Shown: positions 32,555 through 42,038 of the stretch, piece by piece | Numbering within the stretch: position 1 is the first letter of the stretch | How the letters are laid out: the number at the start of each line of letters is the position of its first letter | From: Candidatus Poribacteria bacterium | GTDB taxonomy: Bacteria > Poribacteria > WGA-4E > UBA9662 | Reading direction: 5' to 3' | Length of the DNA stretch: 64,000 nt | Assembly (NCBI GenBank): GCA_030748495.1 | Contig: JASMLX010000007.1 | Location: 18,856-82,855 of the forward strand | Made by a program: the position numbers and the translations under genes | Notes under the pieces: generated by a model | Seen by the model: only the letters and a program-made list of their open reading frames with translations | Database searches by the model: none | What the model was told of the DNA's origin: nothing

Positions 32555-33709
32555 CTAGGCCGTAACACATTCTGTAATGGTTTGTTGGCGAATGGTAAAT
32601 AACGCTTCTAATTTCTGATGACCGACAAACTTTTTTCTGTGAGCGTCAAAAAACTCGAACTCTCCATCTAACAGATCCAGTACAGTTATATTTGCTGGGC
32701 TTCCAATTTTGAGATATCCGATCTCGTCATCCCGCTGAATCGCCTTGGCCGGTCGGATGGTTGCTTTTTCGATTACCGCCTCTAACGATAGACCCAGATG
32801 TAGAAATTTCGATAAAGTCGTTGGCAGATCATAAACAGGACCATTGATGCTACCGACGTGCAAATCGGTACTGATTACATCTGAAATGAATCCCTGTTGC
32901 ATTGCCTGTTGTGCCACCTCATAGCTAAAACTTCCCCCACCATGTCCAACGTCGAAGATGACACCATCTTGGCGAGCTGCCCAGGCATCAGGGATAACCC
33001 TCCCTTTCTCATCGAGAATAGAGTCTCCTACTCCCTGGAAACAGTGGGTAATCACATCTCCCGGACGCATCAACTTCAAGATTTCAGGCAGCCGAACACC
33101 GGCACCGATATGACACATAATGGGCACATCGGCTCGCTCCGCCGCTTCTATGGCCAGTTTTAAAGGTTCAACTCCGTTGTCACCAACCTGAGCGCTACCT
33201 TGACGAACCTTAACACCAACTATCAGGTCACGATTCTCGATAATTGTGTCGGCAACCTTACCAGGATCTGCGTATCTCAGATCGAGCATCTCCCCCACCG
33301 GGCCATAGACCAGACCGATTCCGGATATATGTAGGTAACACAGTATACGTGTTTGAGCGGGGCCAACGATATAATCAGAAAAACCGGGAAAAGTTGCCCA
33401 GCCGGAACTGCCCGCATCGACAATGGTGGTGACTCCCGTCGTTTGACAAACCGGATCGGCTGCGACCCCCCAGGTCGTAACGCCCACGTAAACGTGCGCA
33501 TGGATGTCGACGAGACCTGGTACTACATACTTTCCTGGAACAGCAATCGTTCGCACCGCTTTTTGTGGATCGATGTTTTTCGCTACGTCAACGATCTGGC
33601 CATCGGCAATCGCGACGTCGAATTGATCGTTTAGATTACCTGGCGGATCAATAACGATTCCACCTGTAAGTAAGATGTCGTATTGCATACGAATAACTTT
33701 GTTCTCCAT
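32555..33709 (-). CDS. Amidohydrolase/deacetylase (dihydroorotase-like)
   Basis: 'PGLVDIHAH', 'VDAGSSG', 'GVKVR', 'DVGHG', 'ISTDLH'. Confidence 0.9.
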   Translation of the reverse strand: MENKVIRMQYDILLTGGIVIDPPGNLNDQFDVAIADGQIVDVAKNIDPQKAVRTIAVPGKYVVPGLVDIHAHVYVGVTTWGVAADPVCQTTGVTTIVDAGSSGWATFPGFSDYIVGPAQTRILCYLHISGIGLVYGPVGEMLDLRYADPGKVADTIIENRDLIVGVKVRQGSAQVGDNGVEPLKLAIEAAERADVPIMCHIGAGVRLPEILKLMRPGDVITHCFQGVGDSILDEKGRVIPDAWAARQDGVIFDVGHGGGSFSYEVAQQAMQQGFISDVISTDLHVGSINGPVYDLPTTLSKFLHLGLSLEAVIEKATIRPAKAIQRDDEIGYLKIGSPANITVLDLLDGEFEFFDAHRKKFVGHQKLEALFTIRQQTITECVTA

Positions 33710-34131
33710 TCAGCGTAATGTCTACTATAAAGCCGATGACCAATTAAGAGACCGTCAAAAATCTCGATATGGTATCAGTTCCATCGCATTTGCCTGAGAT
33801 ATTCTCACTAGGGTGTGTAAGATTAAAGTATCCAGGCTCCCTATGGCAGTTTAGCATAATCTCCAAAAGATAGTAAGAGTAATGAAAAAAGGTCGTCATT
33901 GTAAAAATGCCGTTGCTCAATTAAAATTTCACGACAGGTTGACCTGCACAGCTTTGGTTCTATAGGCGTTTCTGCTGCTAATGGATCAGATTATCCAGTA
34001 TTATAGTGTTTTTATTCTATGATTAACTCAATCTTTCTGTCTTCGAGCTTGACATAGAACACCTTTTATTTTAACCTTCAGTTCGATCAACTTTTTCCCA
34101 CAAGTTTTAGAACCCTCAGGAGAATACTACC

Positions 34132-34953
34132 ATGAGAAGAATCGTTTTAGTTTTCGGCACAATATTTTTTCTATCCCTGTTTTGCACCGTTGCATCGGCT
34201 GTTGTTCCTGGTGCCCTTTTATATCTTGATGCATCTGATAACCCTGGGCATAAGAAGTCCTGGAAAAATCTAGGCAAAGCCGAAGGTGAACTATTAGCGG
34301 CAGATGAAGCTCCAGTGTTAGAAGAAGGAAAAATTGAGATTCCAGCACTGGGTATTTCCGAGGCCAACGTTAAATACTACACTACTAAAAAATCGCTTCA
34401 AACCTTTGGAGTGGAGGGTAAAAACCCGGAGTTACCAGTTGAGGACTGGACCCTAGAGTTCCTGTGCAAGCGAAATGGTGGATTGTTTAAAGAGGAACAC
34501 CACTTCGCCGGTTTCCAGAATATCCCCAGAGAAGGTAAACAAGGAATCCGTCTCTGGATGGAGGGCGAAGAAAAATTGGGGATGTCCATCCATGCCGGGG
34601 GCGGTAAGCAGGGAGTACAACCGTTAAACATAAAACTCGAAGAGGGCATTTGGACCTGGATAGCTGTTGTGGGAACCAATAAGAAATCCATTGTGGCTTA
34701 TCAAGATGGCAAGCAGGTCAGCAAACAACCCGGTTTTGAATTCCAGAAGAAATGGGTATTGAATGATATTTCTATTGGAGCCAATTCTCATTCTGAAAGG
34801 CGCCGTACCTTTAATGGCTCCTTTGCTATTGTGCGAGTCTATGACAAGGCCCTGACTGAGGCCCAGATTAACGAAAATATCGGTAGCGCATTTGCCGTCG
34901 AGGCAACGGATAAACTGCCAACTACCTGGGCCAGGGTAAAAGAGCAATTTTAG
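34132..34953 (+). CDS. Secreted LamG-like jellyroll protein
   Basis: Signal peptide, 'WTWIAVV', 'FNGSFAIVRVYDKALTEAQI', C-terminal 'AVEATDKLPTTWARVK'; GGAG RBS. Confidence 0.85.
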   Translation: MRRIVLVFGTIFFLSLFCTVASAVVPGALLYLDASDNPGHKKSWKNLGKAEGELLAADEAPVLEEGKIEIPALGISEANVKYYTTKKSLQTFGVEGKNPELPVEDWTLEFLCKRNGGLFKEEHHFAGFQNIPREGKQGIRLWMEGEEKLGMSIHAGGGKQGVQPLNIKLEEGIWTWIAVVGTNKKSIVAYQDGKQVSKQPGFEFQKKWVLNDISIGANSHSERRRTFNGSFAIVRVYDKALTEAQINENIGSAFAVEATDKLPTTWARVKEQF

Positions 34954-35239
34954 TCCACTCATATTGACCTAGGCGAAGGTATCAGAAAAATGTCTTCCCT
35001 TTAGAGAAGCGATCTTGGCCTTAACCATGATGTCAGTGATTGTTTGATTGTTATTGGTGATGATTGCAAAAGAGTTCTTCGCTTGGTTCAGAGTGACAAT
35101 GGCCGCTTGACAAGCATACAGGGCTGTTTCTGTAGAGGCTGCCCTGTATACTGTTTCTAGATTCTTCGGTTTGACCAGTAAATTCAGGGGCATAGTTCTC
35201 GCAACAATGGTTGAGTTAGCTTGGTTTGCCAGTTGGTTC

Positions 35240-36385
35240 TTGTTTGACCAAGGTCGGTCTCGTCCAGGCATCGATATGAACGGCGAAGGCGGTTCGCCTA
35301 GCATAGAAAAGCGGTCCGTCTTTGGGAAGGTGTTAGGAACGGTGTCGGTGTGTAGTCGTTCTTCTCTCGCTTGAAGACACGTTCTGCGGAAGAAGGCTGG
35401 TTATAGTCTGCCTTGAAAGTCGAGCTGTTAGGCGGTGTCTTCGAGTAGAACCTGAGATTGTCCTTGGGGGAGGGTAGACCACCCGGCCATTGTCGGAGGT
35501 GAAGCCGACGTCCAGTTGACCACAGAGAAGGTCTTATCCCTTCTTGGGGCAACGCGCCACTTGATGCCGTTTCGAGCCTGCGCCAGACACATGGGAACGC
35601 CTTCTGAGTTAATGCGTGCCATGGGTCTTAGTTCTGGTAGATGGCGGTGGTATCGTGAACCGCGCCCAGACAGGCGTGGTCGAAGTGGAAGCGTTGAAAA
35701 GCAGGTGTCACGGCAATAGATGCCGGGGACACTATCATGACCGACGGCTCCCGTGAGAAGTTATGGCGTTGAGACCATCGGTGGCCGTAGACGAAGCCAT
35801 CATGACAGGTGTCATAGCCCCCAAAACCTCGGACGTATTGTAGTCGCCTTTGCCGTCACCGATCCGTTTGCCGCCGCCACACACCTTCTTACCGTGACGA
35901 TTGCCAAGCACTGGCCGTTTGCGGCCATCGGCCACCCGGTTGAGGTGGTCGACGGTCAACCAGACTGCGACGCGGCGACTCAGTCAAACCATCGCCTCCT
36001 GAATTGGAACAGGGATGGTACCGTTTTTGATGCCATCTGAGGCGTAGTGCATACTCGAATACGCGCAGTGACAGGCACGTGGCCTGTGGTCGTCCTGGTC
36101 TTGTTCTCTTTGAGCTGACTCTTCTGCTTTTTGGTCCGCCGCTTGGGTTTGCGCCATGTCGGGTGCTTTTTGCAGTAGGTTGGCCGTTTCATCGGTCGGA
36201 CCGCAAAGTCATAGAAGGAACCCATCAGGGCACGTCAGCCGGCTCAAAGCCACTGATGATGGCCTAAAACCCCTTTTGTCGTGTCGATAGTCCGGCCCCC
36301 ACCTGGTGGGTGAGGTGATGCCACATCGCATCATGTCCTTGGGTGAGTAGCTCGTCTGGCCCTGTATGCTTCTGATGTCCAACGA
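35240..36385 (-). mobile_element. Heavily frameshifted DDE transposase pseudogene (unclassified, ISNCY-like)
   Basis: Across frames: 'AIISGFEPADVP..GSFYDF', 'GYDTCHDGFVYG', 'INSEGVPMC', 'IKWR', 'DNLRFYSKTPPNSSTFKADYN..SAERVFKREKNDY', 'HIDAW'. Confidence 0.65.
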
Positions 36386-36428
36386 ATCGTATTTAACATC
36401 CTATTTGGCAGAGGATCAAAATAGCACC

Positions 36429-36784
36429 TCACGGTTTTCTAATCAACAGTGAACCACAAGCCCCAATCTTAACTACGCACTCATTCAACAATACACCCAA
36501 AGGTTTTCTCCCTCCATAAATATCCAAAGTAATCGATCCATGAGAATGACCAATCAATTCCTTGATAAAGGGTTCATATACCTTCTTATTGGTTAGTTCG
36601 TTGGCTACAGTATGCCTGAAGGAATGAACATTCTTACCTTTCTTCTTGATCCCGGGTTTAATCAGGTATTTTCTAAACCACCTGCTAATCATTGTTCCAT
36701 AACCTGTGCTTCTCATTTTCTTCAGGTTTGGGAATAACTTCTCTTGATTCTGATTCTGATTCTGGATTTGCTTGACATAATCTA
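36429..36784 (-). pseudogene. Tyrosine recombinase C-terminal fragment
   Basis: 'HSFRH', 'LIGHS', catalytic 'DIY'; N-terminus cut at the IS982 end. Confidence 0.8.
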
Positions 36785-37765
36785 ACGTCAATTATGGATA
36801 AGCAGAAGTATTACATTAGCTGATTAGCCCCCGGATATTTTTACCAATTGTTGCCTTTTTGGGTCACCAAGCATCGGCACACAATGCAGCCAAACTGTTT
36901 ATCATCAACCCCCAACTACTTCGATGACCTGAATGCTCAACCGGGCAAATATTTTTACGCTGCTCGTTAACGGATTCTATCACACCAGGTTTATTTAATC
37001 ATAATTTATCCCTGAGCGGCATTAATTTATTTGTCATGTTTTTCTTGACACCAGTTACCAATTGAACTCCTTGAGCCATCAAAGGTTGAAATAATTTACC
37101 TGACAATTGGCGTCTTAAATCGGCCACTGGATCTCGATCATCAACATCTCCTGCCCTGATTTTAAATGCCATAATCTCTCCCACATCATTGATCACTAAG
37201 TGCAATTTAAAGCCAAAAACCGACCGATTGTTGATCTGGCTTTTGTGGCAACACCTCTCAAGACTCGATTCGGTCGCTCTGGTTTGATGTGATAGGCTTT
37301 TAGAATGGTTGAATCAACCACATAAACTCCTGTTGCTTCTCCTTTGAGGGTGGGCAGGAAAAAATTCAACGGAAGCCAAATAGACTTGACTCGTGTAATG
37401 AATGGTGGGTAAGAAACTAAATTTGGAACCAATCCGCGTCAATATTTTGGAAACTGTTGAAGAGAGAAAAGTTTAAAATTGTCGGTCATGACTTTGGTGA
37501 AAGTGAATCACAATGGTCATAATTTCAGCGGTGGGCAAGATGGTTTGGCGCGGCCGTTTCCGCCAGCCATTTGAGAGTAAAGTTTTATCCCATTGGGGCC
37601 AAAACTGCGGGCCAAATTCATCGACCAGACAATATAAATGTAAGTAGAGTATCTTCCATAATGACGTCCTTGTTTGGTTTGTGCGGCTAAATTGTGATAA
37701 TTCGATCAAGACATAAAAGGGTCGTCATTTCAACAAGTTACACTTTCCTTATCCATAATTGACGT
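36785..37765 (-). mobile_element. Degenerate IS982-family element
   Basis: Perfect 18-bp TIR ACGTCAATTATGGATAAG; 'AEIMTIVIHFHQS', 'VVDST', 'LHLVINDVGEI' fragments. Confidence 0.9.
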
Positions 37766-37767
37766 TA

Positions 37768-37846
37768 CCAGTGTCATCAGGCACTTACTTCTATCAGGTA
37801 GAGGCTGGGGAGTCTACCGGAACAGGTAAAATGGTGATACTGAAGT
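37768..37846 (+). pseudogene. Orphan C-terminus of a FlgD/T9SS-type secreted protein
   Basis: 'PVSSGTYFYQVEAGESTGTGKMVILK' parallels the end of 38339-41653. Confidence 0.75.
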
Positions 37847-38030
37847 CCCCCCCACCTTGATCTTACTCCTTGCTAAGGAGGAGTATGGTACAGGCCGAAA
37901 AACAGTATCTATATACTGTCTTCTTCGACCGTACATATTCGTGGTGGTGACCCGTGATCGTCGGAGAGAGTCTGATTGTTAGCTGCTTCGCCCCTCGGTT
38001 AGAGGTCGGTAAAGGTTATGTATAACATCT

Positions 38031-38131
38031 GTAAGGGCAAAGCAAATGGGGTGGGATTTGTCCAGCTAGCAAAAAATAGTTTTAGCTGCAGAAGCAGTTG
38101 TGAAAAAGAGGATGTGTTGCTTGGCCCCTAC
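38031..38131. repeat. GTAG-type REP/REPIN-like element
   Basis: GTAAGGGCAAAGC...GCTTGGCCCCTAC inverted ends; interior similar to 41683-41776. Confidence 0.65.
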
Positions 38132-38338
38132 GAGGAGCGGGACTGTTCATCTTGACAGAGACGACCAGATGGTTGCTATCTACCTATATTCTTTACCAGA
38201 TTGAGCTAAAAATGAATCCAGATGATAAATCTCCACTGTTTCTCTTTCCCATAACTGCTGAAATTTGGTACACTGTTTATTAATCCTTTAAATTAAACCA
38301 ACATTAACCAGACCAACCTCAGACCGGAGACTACTATC

Positions 38339-41300
38339 ATGAAATCTTCGTACCGTCTGCTTTTTATTCTTTTGCTACTGTTACCTCGAGTTTCTTTAGC
38401 TCAAGAGAAAATTACCTGGGAGAAAGACGGCTCAGAGATGGTGATGATTCCGGGCGGTACCTTTGAGATGGGAGATAGTAAGAATGGGCCCGAGGACTTT
38501 ATGAAACCTTCGCAGCCAGTGCATACTGTGACTCTGGATGCTTTCTATATGGATAAGTGCGAAGTGACCAACACCCAATACCGAGAATTCATGGAAGCCA
38601 CCGGCCACCGTCAGCCTGCATACTGGAATGATCCTCTAATTAACCAACCCAACCAACCTGTAGTTGGAGTGGGTTGGGTTGATGCGGCAGCTTATGCCAA
38701 TTGGGTGGGCAAACGCTTGCCTACTGAAGCCGAATGGGAGTATGCAGCACGAGGCGGATTGGCCGGGAAACGGTATGTTTGGGGAGATGGTAACATTGAT
38801 GGGAAACAATGTAACTTCGCGGACAAGAATGCACCTAACGATTTCACCTGGGCTGATCGGACGGTGGATGATGGCTATCAATACACCGCACTCGTAGGAT
38901 CATATTCGGCTAACGGCTATGGACTTCATGATATGGCGGGCAACGTCTGGGAGTGGTGTGCTGACTGGTATGATGAAAACTACTATGGAAATTCGCCTGC
39001 TAAGAATCCAATGGGGCCGGACACCGGCTTCAACCGGGTGTTGCGGGGCGGGTCTTGGATCCACAATATCGTTCCCCTACGCGTGGCTATCCGCGACCAT
39101 GACGCTCCGAATAATGCGAGCGCTTACATCGGATTTCGCTGTGTAATTACCGGTTTACCTGCAACGATCAACATCAGATCGAGTTCTACTAGCCTGGTGG
39201 CTGACGGTAGTACGACCACCAGCTTAACTATTACTCTCAAAGACACGACCGACCAGGACCTGTCGGGTCAGGTGGTCACCTTGACGGCTGATAATGGGAC
39301 AGTCAGCGCTGTTACGGATAACGGCGACGGCACCTACACCGCCACCTACACAGCGGGCAGCCAGGCGGGTACGGCTACGGTAACGGCTAAGACTGCTAAC
39401 GGTAAAACCGATACAATCCAGATCACGTTGACGAAGGTTGCCACGTTTGTAATGTCGGTACTGGAACCGGAGTTGTCGGTTCCAGTGGGTGAGTCGGTCT
39501 CCTCTCTAATCGAGTTGGAAGGTAAAGATAGCTTTAGTGGTACCATTGATCTATCTGCCACTGATCTACCTAAAAACACGACCGCCGGTTTCGATTCGGA
39601 GTCAGTCAAATTAACGGTGGCCGATCCTATTCAGACCGCGCAACTAACGTTGTCATTGGATCAGGATATTGAAGCTAAAACTTATGAGTTTACGGTTTCA
39701 GCCAGCAGTGAAGGTGGTCAAACGGAAAAAGTTACCTTCACGCTAAAAGTGGAAGCGAGAGATCCCGACCCGACCACGATAACTATTGTGGTTGATCCCA
39801 GAGAATTGACTCTAGGTGGTTCATTGAAAGTAGCTGGACAGTTAGTCTCGATTGCGAAGCTGGCAGTAGAGATTCCAGTCGGTTCTGTCATCGCATTGAC
39901 CTTGACCTCACCCAGTGGAGAAAACATCCCATTTGAAGCCAAGACCGCGGAGAGTGGTAACTATCAACAACCTTATACCCCGGATGAAGTGGGTGAGTGG
40001 CAGATCAGTGCTGAATTTGTCGGCACTGAAACCTTGAAAGTTTCTCAGCACAATGACACCTTTACCGTCCGCGCCAGAGAGGTAGAAAGTGTTGGCCTCC
40101 AATCGGATTCAACCGACTTAACGGCCGATGGTGTCACAACGGCCGCACTGACCATCACCCTCAAAGATACGGCTGACCAAACTGTATCAGGACAGGCGGT
40201 TACCTTAACGGCGGACAGTGGGCAAGTCAGCACCGTTACAGATAATGGGGATGGCACCTATACTTCCACCTACACAGCGGGCAGCCAGGTAGGAACTGCT
40301 ACAGTGACAGCTAAATCAGCTAACGGGAAAACTGGTACCGTCCAGATTACACTGACGGAGGCTATTACATTTGCGCTGTCGGTGCCGAAACCGGAGTTGT
40401 CAGTTAAAGCGGGAGAATTTGCCACCTACCAGATTACGTTGAAAGAGAAAGGCGGTTTCAGTGATACCATTAATCTGTTTGCCAGTAACCTTCCCCCAAA
40501 TACAACAGCTAGTTTTAATCCGGAACAGGTCAAATTAACGTCGGCCGAGCCCGTCCAGACTACGCGACTGACACTGACCTCGGGCCAAGATATTGAAGCC
40601 ACAGATCACACCGTCACCGTTCTGGCCATCAGTGAAGGTGGCAAAGCGAAAACAGCTACTTTAAGACTAAAAGTGGAAGCCGAAGATCCCGGCCCAACTA
40701 CGATTACAGTGGTAGTAGATCTCAAAGATGTAGATTTAGGTGATTCAATAAAAATAACTGGGCAGTTAGTCTCGATTGCAGAACCGGCAGTAGAGATTCC
40801 GGTTGATTCTGTCATTGCACTGACCTTAACCTCCCCGGCCGGAAAGACTGCGAGCTTTAATGTCAAGACTACTGAAGGTGGCAACTATCAATTAGATTCG
40901 CTCTACCGACCAGATGAAATAGGAGAATGGCAGGTTAACGCTGAATTTGTCAGCACCGAGACCTTGAAAACCTCTCAGCACCGTGCCAAATTTACGGTGC
41001 AAAAACCGGCAGATAAACTAACAGCTAAACTAGCAGGTGATGTTAACGGTGATAAGACGGTCAACATCTTTGACCTGGTGATAGTAGCAGGTCAATTTGG
41101 CCAAGCAGGACCAGGTTTAGAAGGAGACGTCAACGGCGATTTTGGAGTTGATGTCTTTGATCTGGTACTGGCAGCCAGTAACTTTGGCCAGTCGGTAGTA
41201 AGCACAGCCCCAACTATAACGACCAGTATCGAACTCAGTACGGAACAGAAGTATCATATTGCCAATGCGATTGACCAATTAGAGTCTAACCCTAATCGCT

Positions 41301-41653
41301 CACCCGCGGAAGAGGTAGCACTTAACGTTCTGCAAGCCATATTGCCAGAGAGATTGCCCACTCAAAACCAATTACTAGCCAACTATCCCAATCCCTTCAA
41401 TCCAGAAACCTGGATACCTTTCCAACTGAGTCAAGATGCCGATGTAACCATTACCATTTATGATGTTCACGGTCGACGGATACGACGATTGCAGCTGGGA
41501 CTGATGACGGCGGGAAGGTATGTAGCTGCAGACCAGGCCGCCTATTGGGATGGGAAGACTGAAACGGGTAAACTAGTGGCCAGTGGCACTTACTTCTATC
41601 AGATAGAGGCTGGAGAGTATACCGAGACACGGAAGATGATAGTTCTGAAGTAA
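38339..41653 (+). CDS. Secreted FGE-sulfatase (SUMF1/CLec) + invasin Big_1/Ig repeats + dockerin-like + FlgD/T9SS-type CTD protein
   Basis: Signal peptide; 'RLPTEAEWEYAARGG', 'GNVWEW', 'RGGSW..GFRC'; two 'DNGDGTYTxTYTAG'; two 'GDVNGD'; 'NYPNPFNPETWIP...TRKMIVLK'. Confidence 0.92.
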   Translation: MKSSYRLLFILLLLLPRVSLAQEKITWEKDGSEMVMIPGGTFEMGDSKNGPEDFMKPSQPVHTVTLDAFYMDKCEVTNTQYREFMEATGHRQPAYWNDPLINQPNQPVVGVGWVDAAAYANWVGKRLPTEAEWEYAARGGLAGKRYVWGDGNIDGKQCNFADKNAPNDFTWADRTVDDGYQYTALVGSYSANGYGLHDMAGNVWEWCADWYDENYYGNSPAKNPMGPDTGFNRVLRGGSWIHNIVPLRVAIRDHDAPNNASAYIGFRCVITGLPATINIRSSSTSLVADGSTTTSLTITLKDTTDQDLSGQVVTLTADNGTVSAVTDNGDGTYTATYTAGSQAGTATVTAKTANGKTDTIQITLTKVATFVMSVLEPELSVPVGESVSSLIELEGKDSFSGTIDLSATDLPKNTTAGFDSESVKLTVADPIQTAQLTLSLDQDIEAKTYEFTVSASSEGGQTEKVTFTLKVEARDPDPTTITIVVDPRELTLGGSLKVAGQLVSIAKLAVEIPVGSVIALTLTSPSGENIPFEAKTAESGNYQQPYTPDEVGEWQISAEFVGTETLKVSQHNDTFTVRAREVESVGLQSDSTDLTADGVTTAALTITLKDTADQTVSGQAVTLTADSGQVSTVTDNGDGTYTSTYTAGSQVGTATVTAKSANGKTGTVQITLTEAITFALSVPKPELSVKAGEFATYQITLKEKGGFSDTINLFASNLPPNTTASFNPEQVKLTSAEPVQTTRLTLTSGQDIEATDHTVTVLAISEGGKAKTATLRLKVEAEDPGPTTITVVVDLKDVDLGDSIKITGQLVSIAEPAVEIPVDSVIALTLTSPAGKTASFNVKTTEGGNYQLDSLYRPDEIGEWQVNAEFVSTETLKTSQHRAKFTVQKPADKLTAKLAGDVNGDKTVNIFDLVIVAGQFGQAGPGLEGDVNGDFGVDVFDLVLAASNFGQSVVSTAPTITTSIELSTEQKYHIANAIDQLESNPNRSPAEEVALNVLQAILPERLPTQNQLLANYPNPFNPETWIPFQLSQDADVTITIYDVHGRRIRRLQLGLMTAGRYVAADQAAYWDGKTETGKLVASGTYFYQIEAGEYTETRKMIVLK
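39172..41005 (+). repeat. Intragenic tandem duplication of an about 0.9-kb three-domain Ig module
   Basis: Units approx. 39172-40080 and 40090-41005 share peptide and DNA blocks (e.g. cagttagtctcgattgc, cggcagtagagattcc-like). Confidence 0.85.
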
Positions 41654-41682
41654 CCCCTACGGTAAGGTTATGTGTGACGTCT

Positions 41683-41900
41683 GTAGGGGCAAAGCGAATA
41701 AGAAAGGATTTGGCCAACTAACAAAAATGGTTTTAACTGTAAGGGGGGCAGTTGTGAAAAAGGTGTGTTGCTTGGCTCAAACAGATTGAGATTGGAGTGC
41801 AATTTGGGCCAAGCAGACAAATGTCTACTCAAATAGAAAAGGAAGACCAGAATCTAGTTTTCTACGGCAGGCAGTCGACTGATATTTGCTTGGCCCCTAC
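41683..41900. repeat. GTAG-type REP/REPIN-like element
   Basis: GTAGGGGCAAAGC...GCTTGGCCCCTAC inverted ends with internal GCTTGG/CCAAGC copies. Confidence 0.7.
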
Positions 41901-42038
41901 GGTGTAGGGTTAGTAAGATGATTTCAACCCAAAAATCAACCCATAACACAATGGGCTATAAACCCTTGTTTTATTGTTTTATCGTTCCATTGAAATTTCG
42001 TCCGAAATATTACGGTAGTAAGTAAGTAAGAAATAGAT

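Noticed and set aside
34955-36400. RNA-virus insert, retron ncRNA, or shuffled/reversed sequence
   Set aside because: Reverse and complement-only readings of the parts I checked gave nothing convincing, there is no RT, and transposase motifs explain most of the span.
36746-36763. GATTCT x3 microsatellite (QNQNQ) as a contingency locus
   Set aside because: Short, in-frame and inside a dead integrase fragment.
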